NCBI GenBank assembly: GCA_030917025.1
Contig: JAUPVN010000072.1
Coordinates: forward strand, 1 to 35,042
Source of the DNA: Patescibacteria group bacterium
GTDB lineage: Bacteria > Patescibacteriota > Saccharimonadia > Saccharimonadales > CAIOMD01
DNA length: 35,042 nt
Reading direction: 5' to 3'
Under the pieces are notes generated by a model. That model had not been told where the DNA came from and did no database searches. It was given only the letters and a program-made list of their open reading frames with translations. A program made the position numbers and the translations under genes. Below, one piece after another: positions 17,868-26,060 of this stretch. Position 1 is the first letter of the stretch; each line of letters starts with the position of its first letter.

Positions 17868-19301
17868 TTATTTAGCACCACGCCCGCTAAGTACTTCTAT
17901 AATGGTATAAAAAAGTATTTTAATATCTAGCCAAAAACTCCAATTTTGCACGTAGTATAAATCTAGCGCACGTCGTTCGTTATAGCCAATATCTTTACGA
18001 CCAGATGTTTGTGCAAGCCCAGTAATACCAGATTTAACGCTTAAAATAAGATTTTTGTAGGCATAGTTATTTAGTTCTTTAGGGACAAGAGCGCGTGGCC
18101 CAACAAGGCTAATGTCTCCCTTTAAAACATTAAATAGTTGTGGAAGTTCGTCTAGGCTGGTGCGGCGTAAAAATAGACCTACTTTGGTAATACGAGGATC
18201 GTTTGCTAAATAGTCGCCATTGTCTCTGTATTTATTTATTAGATTAGGTTTGCCCATTTTAGTAAAGGCTTGTTCTGGGTCTAGGCCATTGTATGTTAAA
18301 TTATGGGTTCTAAATTTATATATTTTTATTGTGGTATCAAATCTGCTTAAACGGCTTTGTTTAAAAAATATTGGCCCACCATCTGATAGTTTTACTGTTA
18401 GAGCAATAATAATATATATAGGAGACAAAATAATTATGCTAAAAATACTTGTTATGGCGTCGAATATGCGTTTTATAACTCGCCCCCAACCAATTAGGGC
18501 AGTTTGGTGCACCGTAACAACGGGTAGCCCCTGGAACAGTTCTACATCTATTTTGTTGTTAAGCATGCCTGCCTGAGAGGGTATAAACTTGTATGCTATA
18601 TGATGAGATTGTGCAAAGGCTAAAATTTCGTTTGCTTCTTTGCTGGTGTCTCCTATACCAGTTACAACAATTGTATATATATTTTGGTTTAGGGCTTCAT
18701 CCATGGCTTGCCTGTAGTCTGAAAATACTTTAAACGGTTTTTTATCTAAAATAGTATCTTTTGTTGCTACTAAGGTTACTTTATAGCCTGTTTTAGAGGG
18801 ATATCTCATAGAAGATATTAAATTATGTAAAGAGTCACCACTCCCTATAATCATAATATTATTTATGCCAAAACCTGTACGCCACATCCACATACGTGTT
18901 GCTCGTAGTATTGTTCTTTCTAGTACAAGTAGCAAAAACCCTATTACTAGCCCGTATATTACAATAAGTCTGGCCGGAAAAACCGGAGTATCAACTATAA
19001 AATCATATGTTATTACTGTCATTATTCCTAAAATACTGCCAACAACCAGCATACTAAGCTCTCTCCACCTATATTCGTAAACGGTGCGCCTATACAGGCC
19101 CAAGAATGCAAATATTAGTATCCAAACAGGTATAATCATTATCCAGGTTTTTAGATATTGGTCAGAATCTATGGGGTTAATTAGGCTACGTTCATCTAGG
19201 GTAACGCGCAAAACATAGGCAACCACAAAAGCTGCAAGTAGTGCACAAAAATCGCCAATAATTAAGCCGATTGCGTATATAAAAGAGGTATTATTTTTCA
19301 T
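17868..19301 (-). CDS. Polyprenyl-phosphate hexose-1-phosphate transferase (large WbaP/WcaJ-type initiating phosphoglycosyltransferase)
   Basis: It has 4-5 N-terminal TM helices and a central nucleotide-binding-like domain. The C-terminal Bac_transf domain carries [20 protein letters not shown] and GITGLAQ. Confidence 0.9.
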   Translation of the reverse strand: MKNNTSFIYAIGLIIGDFCALLAAFVVAYVLRVTLDERSLINPIDSDQYLKTWIMIIPVWILIFAFLGLYRRTVYEYRWRELSMLVVGSILGIMTVITYDFIVDTPVFPARLIVIYGLVIGFLLLVLERTILRATRMWMWRTGFGINNIMIIGSGDSLHNLISSMRYPSKTGYKVTLVATKDTILDKKPFKVFSDYRQAMDEALNQNIYTIVVTGIGDTSKEANEILAFAQSHHIAYKFIPSQAGMLNNKIDVELFQGLPVVTVHQTALIGWGRVIKRIFDAITSIFSIIILSPIYIIIALTVKLSDGGPIFFKQSRLSRFDTTIKIYKFRTHNLTYNGLDPEQAFTKMGKPNLINKYRDNGDYLANDPRITKVGLFLRRTSLDELPQLFNVLKGDISLVGPRALVPKELNNYAYKNLILSVKSGITGLAQTSGRKDIGYNERRALDLYYVQNWSFWLDIKILFYTIIEVLSGRGAK

Positions 19302-19320
19302 GATAGTTTAAATTACCTTC

Positions 19321-20730
19321 TTATACAGTATGTTTTAATTCTGTCTTAGATACAAGGGGTGTTATACCTAAAGATATCCCCAGCCAAAGCCAAATGTACA
19401 TAACGTTAATGTAACTCCCAAAAAATATATATTGTATAAAGAATGCTAACAGTAGCCCAAAGAGAGAAATTGAGAGTGCTTTTTTGTCATTAAGCAGTTT
19501 CTTGAAACAAATTATAAATAATGTCACAAAAAGTAGTAAACCAATTATCCCAAGTTCTGAAAGTAATAATATATAGTATATATAAACCGTTAATGTGCTT
19601 GGGGCCGAGGCATCTATATTCTTTACTACAAAGGGTCCTAAGTTACCAACGCCTACTCCAAAAATTGTTGTTAATGGTGAATATCTCCAAGCCTTAATGG
19701 CTAGCGACGCAGCTGATGTACGTTCTGTGTTAGATGCTTCTATAAGCCCGGGGCTAACAAATACTGTTTCTTGGTTTTGGGTTATTGGCTGAATTGGCGT
19801 TAATTTATTTGGTAAATCTACTACGCCTAAAGAAACATGCTCTGCAATACTATCTATAGTTTTGTAAGTAATATCTGGGGTAGATGAATTTTTTATGCTT
19901 GCACCCGCAATTAGTATAAAAATTGCCACAGCAAATCCAACCACAATGGCTAAGATAATTTTAGTAATTAAACTAATGTTAACCAGTTTATTTTTAATAA
20001 GTAATAAAAATGTAACTATTAAACTAATTGCAATTGCATAATAAGCACCCCTAGAAAATGTTAGCCCAAGGGTTAAACTTAAGCTAGTTAAGCTAATCCA
20101 TGCTAAAATTGATGTTTTTTTGACTAAGCTATAAATTGCAATAAATATAAAAGGTATTAAAGAGTTTGCAAAAAATTGTGGTTCTGCCGCAAGACCACTA
20201 ATGCGGGCAAACCCAAAAACATTAGCATTACAACCAGTACATAGTAAGGCTAAGTTTGTGTTAAAAAAAGTACCAATAATAAATTGTGCTATACCAATAA
20301 TTGCATATAAAATACCAAAAAATAGAACGGCTTTTACGATAGTATTTATATTATTTTTTGTTATATTTTGTGCCACATACCACCACGCACAAAATACTAG
20401 CACTATTAAAAGCCATACAGAAAATGCTAATAATGCACTGCGGGCAGGGTAGTTAGACCAAGCTATGCTAGCGCCCACCAAAATTGCAAATAGTAATAAA
20501 AGTGTAGTTACCCACTTGTTTTTATTATTAAATAGCAAAGATTTTTGTTTAATTAAAGCCGGCAAACAAAGCAAGACAAATAGTAATACCAGTATTTGGT
20601 ATAAGCCTATTCTAAATGAAGGAAAATTTGCTATGGGTAAAGCAAAAGATGGATATTTTGAAAGAGGTGCGCCAACAATTAAAGCAATAAATAGTATAAA
20701 ACGACTATTTGCTATTATGTTATTGTTCAT
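19321..20730 (-). CDS. Wzy_C / O-antigen-ligase-like polytopic membrane protein (polymerase, ligase or O-oligosaccharyltransferase)
   Basis: The 469-aa ORF has at least 10 TM helices, an FSRGAY motif region and a periplasmic-type loop at about residues 285-345. These are hallmarks of the Wzy_C family. Confidence 0.72.
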   Translation of the reverse strand: MNNNIIANSRFILFIALIVGAPLSKYPSFALPIANFPSFRIGLYQILVLLFVLLCLPALIKQKSLLFNNKNKWVTTLLLLFAILVGASIAWSNYPARSALLAFSVWLLIVLVFCAWWYVAQNITKNNINTIVKAVLFFGILYAIIGIAQFIIGTFFNTNLALLCTGCNANVFGFARISGLAAEPQFFANSLIPFIFIAIYSLVKKTSILAWISLTSLSLTLGLTFSRGAYYAIAISLIVTFLLLIKNKLVNISLITKIILAIVVGFAVAIFILIAGASIKNSSTPDITYKTIDSIAEHVSLGVVDLPNKLTPIQPITQNQETVFVSPGLIEASNTERTSAASLAIKAWRYSPLTTIFGVGVGNLGPFVVKNIDASAPSTLTVYIYYILLLSELGIIGLLLFVTLFIICFKKLLNDKKALSISLFGLLLAFFIQYIFFGSYINVMYIWLWLGISLGITPLVSKTELKHTV

Positions 20731-20793
20731 TGTTTGTATTATAACGTGATTGGGTATGATAAACTACTAATAAGAACATTTTACAAACACAAT

Positions 20794-21219
20794 ATGAAAA
20801 AGCAAACAAAATTTAAAAAACTTTTGGTGCAAATTGCAAAGTACGCCGTTAGTGGCGGTGCTTGGTTTTGGAGTGGTTATATTTTGATAGTTATTTTAGA
20901 TAATTATGTTGGTTTGTTTTGGGCAAATGCTATTGGTAATGCTGTTGGCATTACAATAAACTACATTTTAAACAGATTTTGGGTATTTAATGGCCATAAA
21001 AATGACAAAAAAGGCCGCAAAACTACATGGCGTTACATTATTTATACAATTATAAATTCTTTTTTATTAAACTATTTAATTTTATATGCTTTAAAAAATA
21101 TTGGCATACAACCAGAGATAGGCCAATTTATAGCAGCGGCATTTTTTACTGTTTGGAACTTTATTTGGTACAAAATATGGGTATTCAAAGATGTAGATTA
21201 TTCTAAAGGAGGCAAATAA
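20794..21219 (+). CDS. GtrA-like membrane protein (polyprenyl-linked sugar handling)
   Basis: I take the start as MKKQTKFKKLLVQIAKYAVSGG at 20794; the ORF-track start at 20734 is less likely. It has four TM helices and NRFWVF and WYKIWVF motifs typical of the GtrA family. Confidence 0.8.
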   Translation: MKKQTKFKKLLVQIAKYAVSGGAWFWSGYILIVILDNYVGLFWANAIGNAVGITINYILNRFWVFNGHKNDKKGRKTTWRYIIYTIINSFLLNYLILYALKNIGIQPEIGQFIAAAFFTVWNFIWYKIWVFKDVDYSKGGK

Positions 21220-21220
21220 T

Positions 21221-21676
21221 ATGGCAAACGTTGTACGACCAACAAAAAAGCAAAGAGAGCTATTGGTATTTATTGCAGATTTTATTGCCGAACATGGCTA
21301 TAGCCCTAGTTACCGAGAGGTTATGAACGGCTGTAATTATAATTCTGTTGCTACTGTAGCTTTGCATATTCGCAGTTTAATTGCTCGCGGGCATTTAGCA
21401 AAAAGAGGCCGATCTGCTAGGTCATTAGAAGTGATTGATTTGCCGCCAGACCCAGGAATAGACATTGATGTTTCCGATGTAACAGAAAGCCAAGAAAAGT
21501 GGCTAGTTCAGCTAGTTGGTAAGCGTTTTATAGAAGCAGAGGCGCAAGACACTCTAACCCAAAGGGGCTTAGATGAACTATATGTTTTAGTTGGGGCGCT
21601 ACGCGTTTTAGAGCTAAACGAGGCAGCTAATGCATATATACCACGCCTAGGAGATTTAAAAAGCAAAGTAAGATAG
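21221..21676 (+). CDS. LexA-type winged-helix DNA-binding domain protein lacking the S24 peptidase domain
   Basis: Residues 8-73, TKKQRELLVFIADFIAEHGYSPSYREVMNGCNYNSVATVALHIRSLIARGHLAKRGRSARSLEV, align by eye to the LexA N-terminal domain. The remaining roughly 75 aa look helical. There is no Ser/Lys dyad context and no AG cleavage site context. Confidence 0.7.
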   Translation: MANVVRPTKKQRELLVFIADFIAEHGYSPSYREVMNGCNYNSVATVALHIRSLIARGHLAKRGRSARSLEVIDLPPDPGIDIDVSDVTESQEKWLVQLVGKRFIEAEAQDTLTQRGLDELYVLVGALRVLELNEAANAYIPRLGDLKSKVR

Positions 21677-21677
21677 C

Positions 21678-22184
21678 TTAATTTATTAGGCTATGAGTTG
21701 CGGCAGTGCTACCACGAGCCTCTATATTTGCCTGTAATGAATTAAGTTGTTGGTCTGGGCGATCTATATCTTTTAAAACAAGTTCTTTGTCTAGCTTTGG
21801 TATTACAATATGAACATCCCCAAAACCGTAACGCTTGCCAAGATAGTCTTGTGTCATGCGCACAGATATAATAGATTCGTATCGGTAAACTGTTTTTGAT
21901 CCACCTAGTTTTCCGGCTTTTTCATAAATAATAATTGATTCTGGGGTAATTTCGTAACGTACGCGGTCCCAGCGTATTTTTGAACGTATGGCTGTGTAGC
22001 CCCATCCAAAAAATAAAATAAGCCATGTTCCGGCAATTAAAAACCAGCCCTGATTTTTTGTCCAGCTAAACATTATTGAAATAACAATTGTAGCTGCTAG
22101 GCCAAGTATTAATGCAATAACCCCGGTACTGATTATTTTTGATTCTAAACCCGATCTGCTACGGTGGAGTAATTTTGCTTCCAT
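21678..22184 (-). CDS. Membrane protein with bacterial PH domain (bPH_2/YdbS-YdbT-like)
   Basis: It has two N-terminal TM helices followed by RVRYEITPESIIIYEKAGKLGG...ISVRMTQDYLGKRYGFGDVHI, which is typical of the DUF304/bPH_2 family. It overlaps the upstream gene by 40 nt. Confidence 0.55.
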   Translation of the reverse strand: MEAKLLHRSRSGLESKIISTGVIALILGLAATIVISIMFSWTKNQGWFLIAGTWLILFFGWGYTAIRSKIRWDRVRYEITPESIIIYEKAGKLGGSKTVYRYESIISVRMTQDYLGKRYGFGDVHIVIPKLDKELVLKDIDRPDQQLNSLQANIEARGSTAATHSLIN

Positions 22185-22849
22185 TTAAGAGTCTTTTTTA
22201 TAACTATTTTAGATTGCTTGGGGGCACCGTAGGCCGTTGTCCAAGAATCGAGTGTGGTCTTTTTGGTGGTCTTGATCTGAACAATTAGACCAATTATAAA
22301 TAAAATAACAAGTGCAATTAACCAAAAAGTGTTATTTTCTATAGTTTGAACATTTGTAATGTAGTCTAGACTAGTTCGTTCTATCTTGCCAAAGGCTAGT
22401 AGCAAACCCTTAATTATAGCTAGGCCGCCAGCAAAAGATGTTAGTGCAATTAATAAGTATTTTGCAGCGTTAAAACCTATTGTAGCTATTGCAAATACTA
22501 TACCAAGAGTAATGCCTACTAAAGCAGATATAAATCCTTTATCTATGCCAATTAGGCTTAGTAAACCAGTACCAACCCAGTAGCCTAGGCTTGCGCCCAA
22601 TAATACAACCGCCAAACTGTAAAAAAAGTATGCGCATAAAGCAAATACAAGGCCTACAATTAAACCAACTACAATACCCATAGTTGTGCCTATAAAAGCT
22701 GTATTAAAGGCATCTGCTGCTCCAGCTGCACCAATGGTAAACCCTGCAAAAAAGCCCCAAAGTGGTAATAAAATTCTTGCAAGTATATAGCCGCTAAATA
22801 GCATTAGCGCACCAATCCCTATTGATATTATTCCAAGCACTATATCCAT
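22145..22849 (-). CDS. Gly/Ala-rich polytopic membrane protein (DUF4203-like, uncertain)
   Basis: The 234-aa ORF has about 6-7 TM helices rich in small-xxx-small motifs. A GGGAGA Shine-Dalgarno sequence lies upstream of the ATG. Confidence 0.45.
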   Translation of the reverse strand: MDIVLGIISIGIGALMLFSGYILARILLPLWGFFAGFTIGAAGAADAFNTAFIGTTMGIVVGLIVGLVFALCAYFFYSLAVVLLGASLGYWVGTGLLSLIGIDKGFISALVGITLGIVFAIATIGFNAAKYLLIALTSFAGGLAIIKGLLLAFGKIERTSLDYITNVQTIENNTFWLIALVILFIIGLIVQIKTTKKTTLDSWTTAYGAPKQSKIVIKKTLKWKQNYSTVADRV

Positions 22850-22919
22850 TTTAATCTCCCTATTATAGGTATTATTGTACCTTAAATAATGTATTTTTTA
22901 ACATAATTAATATTTAGGT

Positions 22920-22949
22920 TTGACCTAACAGAGTAAACTATTTTATACT
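22920..22949 (+). promoter_or_regulatory. Candidate sigma70-type promoter for tRNA-Asn
   Basis: TTGACC (22920-22925), an 18-nt spacer, then TATACT (22944-22949). It lies about 65 nt upstream of the tRNA 5' end. Confidence 0.3.
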
Positions 22950-23014
22950 AACACAGTTATAGCATGCGCTATATGTACCTTTTATTTAAATTCTCCTGGG
23001 TAATACCAGGATAT

Positions 23015-23089
23015 TCGGGAGTAGCTCAATGGTGGAGCAAGAAGCTGTTAACTTCGAGGTTGCCGGTTCGAGTCCGGCCTCCCGAGCCA
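23015..23089 (+). tRNA. tRNA-Asn (anticodon GTT), CCA encoded
   Basis: The cloverleaf was folded by hand. Acceptor stem: TCGGGAG/CTCCCGA. D-stem: GCTC/GAGC. Anticodon loop: CTGTTAA, with GTT at 23047-23049. T-arm: GCCGG-TTCGAGT-CCGGC. Discriminator G is followed by CCA at 23087-23089. Confidence 0.93.
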
Positions 23090-23110
23090 GACCCAGCAGA
23101 GAAATAGGTA

Positions 23111-23134
23111 GACCAGGTTCCTAGACCTGTCCCT
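23111..23134. repeat. Direct repeat copy 1 (GACCaGgTTC-CTAGACCTGTCCCT)
   Basis: The 14-nt perfect core CTAGACCTGTCCCT (23121-23134) recurs at 23297-23310. The flanks are also similar. Confidence 0.85.
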
Positions 23135-23194
23135 AACTTCTCTCCTTGGTCAGACAGAATGCTAATTTACAGTTCGTAAGTTACAAATGTTGGA

Positions 23195-23217
23195 ACCGTC
23201 AGAAATGGCGGTTTTTT
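23195..23217 (+). terminator. Rho-independent terminator-like hairpin downstream of the tRNA
   Basis: Stem ACCGTC / GGCGGT (one G-U pair), 6-nt loop agaaat, then a T6 run (23212-23217). Confidence 0.5.
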
Positions 23218-23233
23218 CATTTCACCCCTGTAA

Positions 23234-23258
23234 CTTGGTTCGAACCCAGCCCCTCCCG
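23234..23258 (+). other. tRNA 3'-end-like fragment (T-arm plus acceptor 3' strand), possible integration scar
   Basis: The fragment is cttGGTTCGAACccagccCCTCCCG. Compare the tRNA-Asn 3' end gccGGTTCGAGTccggcCTCCCGA. No matching 5' half is present upstream. Confidence 0.35.
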
Positions 23259-23286
23259 TCTTGAAGGAGCAAGCACCCCAAAAGCT

Positions 23287-23310
23287 GACCCGTTCCCTAG
23301 ACCTGTCCCT
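23287..23310. repeat. Direct repeat copy 2 (GACCcGtTCCCTAGACCTGTCCCT)
   Basis: See copy 1. The two copies flank a roughly 150-nt segment holding the terminator and the tRNA-like fragment. Confidence 0.85.
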
Positions 23311-23337
23311 TTACAAAGTACCCCCTAGGGGTATACA
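23310..23337 (+). promoter_or_regulatory. Promoter with embedded CsoR-type operator; probably a leaderless transcript
   Basis: TTTACA (23310-23315), a 16-nt spacer, then TATACA (23332-23337). The near-palindrome GTACCCCCTAGGGGTATAC (23318-23336) overlaps the spacer and -10 element. It consists of G/C tracts flanked by AT-rich inverted arms, as in CsoR-family operators. The ATG is at 23346 with no visible Shine-Dalgarno. Confidence 0.6.
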
Positions 23338-23345
23338 CTTTAGAT

Positions 23346-23630
23346 ATGAGAGAAGATATTAAAAAGCGCGCCAGTCACCGTACCAAAATTATTGAAGGCC
23401 AGATAAAAGGCTTACAAAAGATGATAGACAATGAGCAATATTGCATGGACATTCTCACTCAGAGTTTAGCAATCCAAAAGTCTCTAGCCTCACTGAATAA
23501 ACTGATAGTAGAAAACCATATAACTACACATATTACTGACATGCTTAGCTCTAGTGATGAAAAAGAACAGACCAAAGCCCTTGAAGAACTACTGAACTTA
23601 TACGAGCTCAACAACGTCAGGAGTAAGTAA
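23346..23630 (+). CDS. csoR: CsoR/RcnR-family metal-sensing repressor (ligand fingerprint x-C-H-H)
   Basis: The 94-aa ORF is a helical-bundle family member. Cys33 lies in QYCMDIL, and His58 and His62 lie in ENHITTHI. Its stop overlaps the ATPase start (TAATG). Confidence 0.85.
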   Translation: MREDIKKRASHRTKIIEGQIKGLQKMIDNEQYCMDILTQSLAIQKSLASLNKLIVENHITTHITDMLSSSDEKEQTKALEELLNLYELNNVRSK

Positions 23631-25642
23631 TGGATCATTCCATGCACGAAGGTCATCATGAATCTCATGACCACGATAAGCACGCGGGTCATAATCCAGA
23701 TATGTTTAAGAAAAAATTTTGGCTAAGCTTTGCCTTAACAATCCCTGTACTTATTTTCTCTGAAACAATTCAGGAACTTTTTAATTACACAGCACCTACG
23801 TTTCCAGTAAGCGAATGGATTCCAGCTATTTTGGGCACAATCATCTTTTTCTACGGCGGACTCGTATTCCTAAAGAGCGCAAAAGCTGAGCTATCTACTA
23901 GACAGCCCGGCATGATGACCCTTATCTCGTTAGCCATTACTGTCGCATTCGGCTATAGCATTGCGGTGTCGTTTGGGCTACAAGGCATGGATTTCTGGTG
24001 GGAACTAGCAACGTTAGTAACCATCATGCTCTTGGGGCACTGGTTAGAGATGGCTTCAGTGCAAAATGCACAAGGTGCATTAAAAGAACTGGCAAAACTA
24101 TTGCCTGATGAAGCTGAACTAATGACAAAAAATGGTACTAAAATAGTCACAGTCGCAAGTTTGAAAGTCGGCGATCTTGTATTGGTTCGCCCTGGCTCGA
24201 CTATTCCTACAGACGGCATCGTTATTAAAGGTGAGTCCAAGGTCAATGAATCAATGCTTACGGGTGAATCGAAACCTGTTAGCAAGCTTATGAAATCACT
24301 CGTTATTGGTGGTGCAATAAATGGAAGTGGTGCCCTCACTATTAAAGTCACAAAAGTTGGAGAAGATACTGCGCTCGCTGGAATTATGAAATTGGTTGCT
24401 GATGCACAGAACAGTAAGTCAAAAACACAGATTGTGGCTGACCGTGCAGCATTCTACTTAACATTTATTGCACTAGGCGCAGCGATACTTACTGCAATCG
24501 GCTGGACATTCTTCAGCGACCAGTCTGCTTCATTTATTCTTGAAAGAGTAGTAACCGTTCTTGTTATAGCTTGTCCACACGCACTCGGCCTTGCAGTGCC
24601 TCTTGTTACAGCTATCTCAACTACTCTCGCCGCAAAGAATGGTCTGCTCGTTCGTGAGCGTATGGCGCTCGAATCAGCAAGAAACATTGACGTCGTATTA
24701 TTCGATAAGACAGGAACACTGACCAAGGGTGAACAAGGAGTCGTCGATATCATTACTGATGGCGCAAAAGTTAACGATGTACTCGCTTTGGCCGCTTCAG
24801 TTGAACTTGAATCGGAGCATCCTATCGCAAAAGCAATTGTAACTTTTGCGAAAGGTAAAAAGCTGCAACTTAGCACCGCAAAAAAGTTTTCGGCAATGTC
24901 TGGTCGTGGTGCCAGAGCTACAGTCGGAGCCGATTTAGTGCACGTAGGTGGCCCAAGACTAATCGAGGAACTATCGCTGAAGTTAACTTCTAGCCTATTG
25001 AATGCTGCAACCAGTGCGAGTAATGATGGCAAGACAGTGGTTTATATCATCAAATCAAAAAAGGTTATCGGAGCAATTATGCTAGCCGATGTAATTCGAC
25101 CAGAATCGAAAGAAGCTGTCAAAACATTGCAAAAAGCTGGAAAGCGAGTAGCTATGCTAACTGGTGACGCCAAGGGTGTTGCCGCATGGGTATCGAAAGA
25201 ACTTGGAATTACAGAGTTCTTTGCTGAAGTTTTGCCTGAGCATAAAGCAGATGTTGTTAAAAAGCTTCAAGCCGATGGTAGCAAAGTTGCTATGGTCGGT
25301 GATGGGGTAAACGACGCCCCCGCACTCACACAAGCAGACGTAGGCATAGCTATTGGGGCTGGTACAGACGTCGCCATTGAATCTGCTGGAATTGTACTGG
25401 CTAGCAGTGATCCACGTGGTGTTGCAAAAATTGTCATCCTCTCAAAAGCTACTTACAGAAAAATGATTCAGAATTTGGCTTGGGCAACGGGCTACAACGC
25501 CATTGCTATACCACTAGCTGCAGGTGTGACGGCTGGATTAGGTTTTGTACTTTCTCCAGCTATAGGTGCAGTGCTCATGTCGCTTTCTACTATCATAGTA
25601 GCAGTTAACGCTCAATTCTTAAGGAAGTTGGATTTAGGGTAA
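23630..25642 (+). CDS. copB: P1B-3 (CopB-type) heavy-metal-transporting P-type ATPase with a His-rich N-terminus
   Basis: The N-terminus is MDHSMHEGHHESHDHDKHAGH, and no CxxC HMA domain is present. The TM motif is CPHALGLA (CPH). It has DKTGTLT, GDGVNDAP, GYNAIAIP and MSLSTIIVAVNA motifs. Confidence 0.9.
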   Translation: MDHSMHEGHHESHDHDKHAGHNPDMFKKKFWLSFALTIPVLIFSETIQELFNYTAPTFPVSEWIPAILGTIIFFYGGLVFLKSAKAELSTRQPGMMTLISLAITVAFGYSIAVSFGLQGMDFWWELATLVTIMLLGHWLEMASVQNAQGALKELAKLLPDEAELMTKNGTKIVTVASLKVGDLVLVRPGSTIPTDGIVIKGESKVNESMLTGESKPVSKLMKSLVIGGAINGSGALTIKVTKVGEDTALAGIMKLVADAQNSKSKTQIVADRAAFYLTFIALGAAILTAIGWTFFSDQSASFILERVVTVLVIACPHALGLAVPLVTAISTTLAAKNGLLVRERMALESARNIDVVLFDKTGTLTKGEQGVVDIITDGAKVNDVLALAASVELESEHPIAKAIVTFAKGKKLQLSTAKKFSAMSGRGARATVGADLVHVGGPRLIEELSLKLTSSLLNAATSASNDGKTVVYIIKSKKVIGAIMLADVIRPESKEAVKTLQKAGKRVAMLTGDAKGVAAWVSKELGITEFFAEVLPEHKADVVKKLQADGSKVAMVGDGVNDAPALTQADVGIAIGAGTDVAIESAGIVLASSDPRGVAKIVILSKATYRKMIQNLAWATGYNAIAIPLAAGVTAGLGFVLSPAIGAVLMSLSTIIVAVNAQFLRKLDLG

Positions 25643-25651
25643 AATATAGGT

Positions 25652-26011
25652 ATGAAGAAGCTAATAACTGGCATCATTACAGTCTTTACAGTCCTACTGT
25701 TCAACACGTTTGGCTCGGCTCTACATGCATCAGCAATGCCAATGGCATCTCACGAAATGGGTAGCATGAACCATGAAACTAGCAGTTCGACGTCCTGTGC
25801 AACACTATGTCGTACGGCTGTTATAAATAAAGAAGATATTCTCAATTTAGAAAATGATGAAGAGAACGATGAGCCAACAATACCGTTTTACGCTCAGGGT
25901 GAAGTTTTTAAGTTCAGCGAGATTCATGTAAATCAAAGGATCTATGCTGATTCTGTTAAGCCACCCCCAAAGATACCGATATATATTCTGTACAGTGTAT
26001 TTAGAGTCTAG
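25652..26011 (+). CDS. Small exported Met/His-rich protein, function unknown
   Basis: A signal-peptide-like N-terminus (MKKLITGIITVFTVLLFNTFGSALHASA) is followed by MPMASHEMGSMNHE and a CATLC motif. It starts 10 nt after copB. Confidence 0.5.
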   Translation: MKKLITGIITVFTVLLFNTFGSALHASAMPMASHEMGSMNHETSSSTSCATLCRTAVINKEDILNLENDEENDEPTIPFYAQGEVFKFSEIHVNQRIYADSVKPPPKIPIYILYSVFRV

Positions 26012-26060
26012 GATTTGTTTGTTAGTTCAAGCAATATCTTTAATTTAACGTGGAGAATAT

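Noticed and set aside
22862-22867. A perfect TATAAT on the minus strand just upstream of the 22849 membrane-protein gene.
   Set aside because: It sits only about 12 nt from the ATG, with the GGGAGA Shine-Dalgarno between them. A transcript starting there would lack the Shine-Dalgarno. It is probably a fortuitous AT-rich match.
23146-23328. A 60-aa plus-strand ORF between tRNA-Asn and csoR.
   Set aside because: It has a non-ATG start and runs straight through a terminator hairpin, the tRNA-like fragment and a direct repeat. The region is better explained as non-coding scar sequence.
23953-25032. Long minus-strand ORFs (132 aa at 23953-24351 and 192 aa at 24454-25032) inside copB.
   Set aside because: They lie antisense to a confidently identified P-type ATPase. 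Their products are low-complexity and Ser/Ala/Pro-rich, as expected for shadow frames in higher-GC DNA. No motifs or start context were found.
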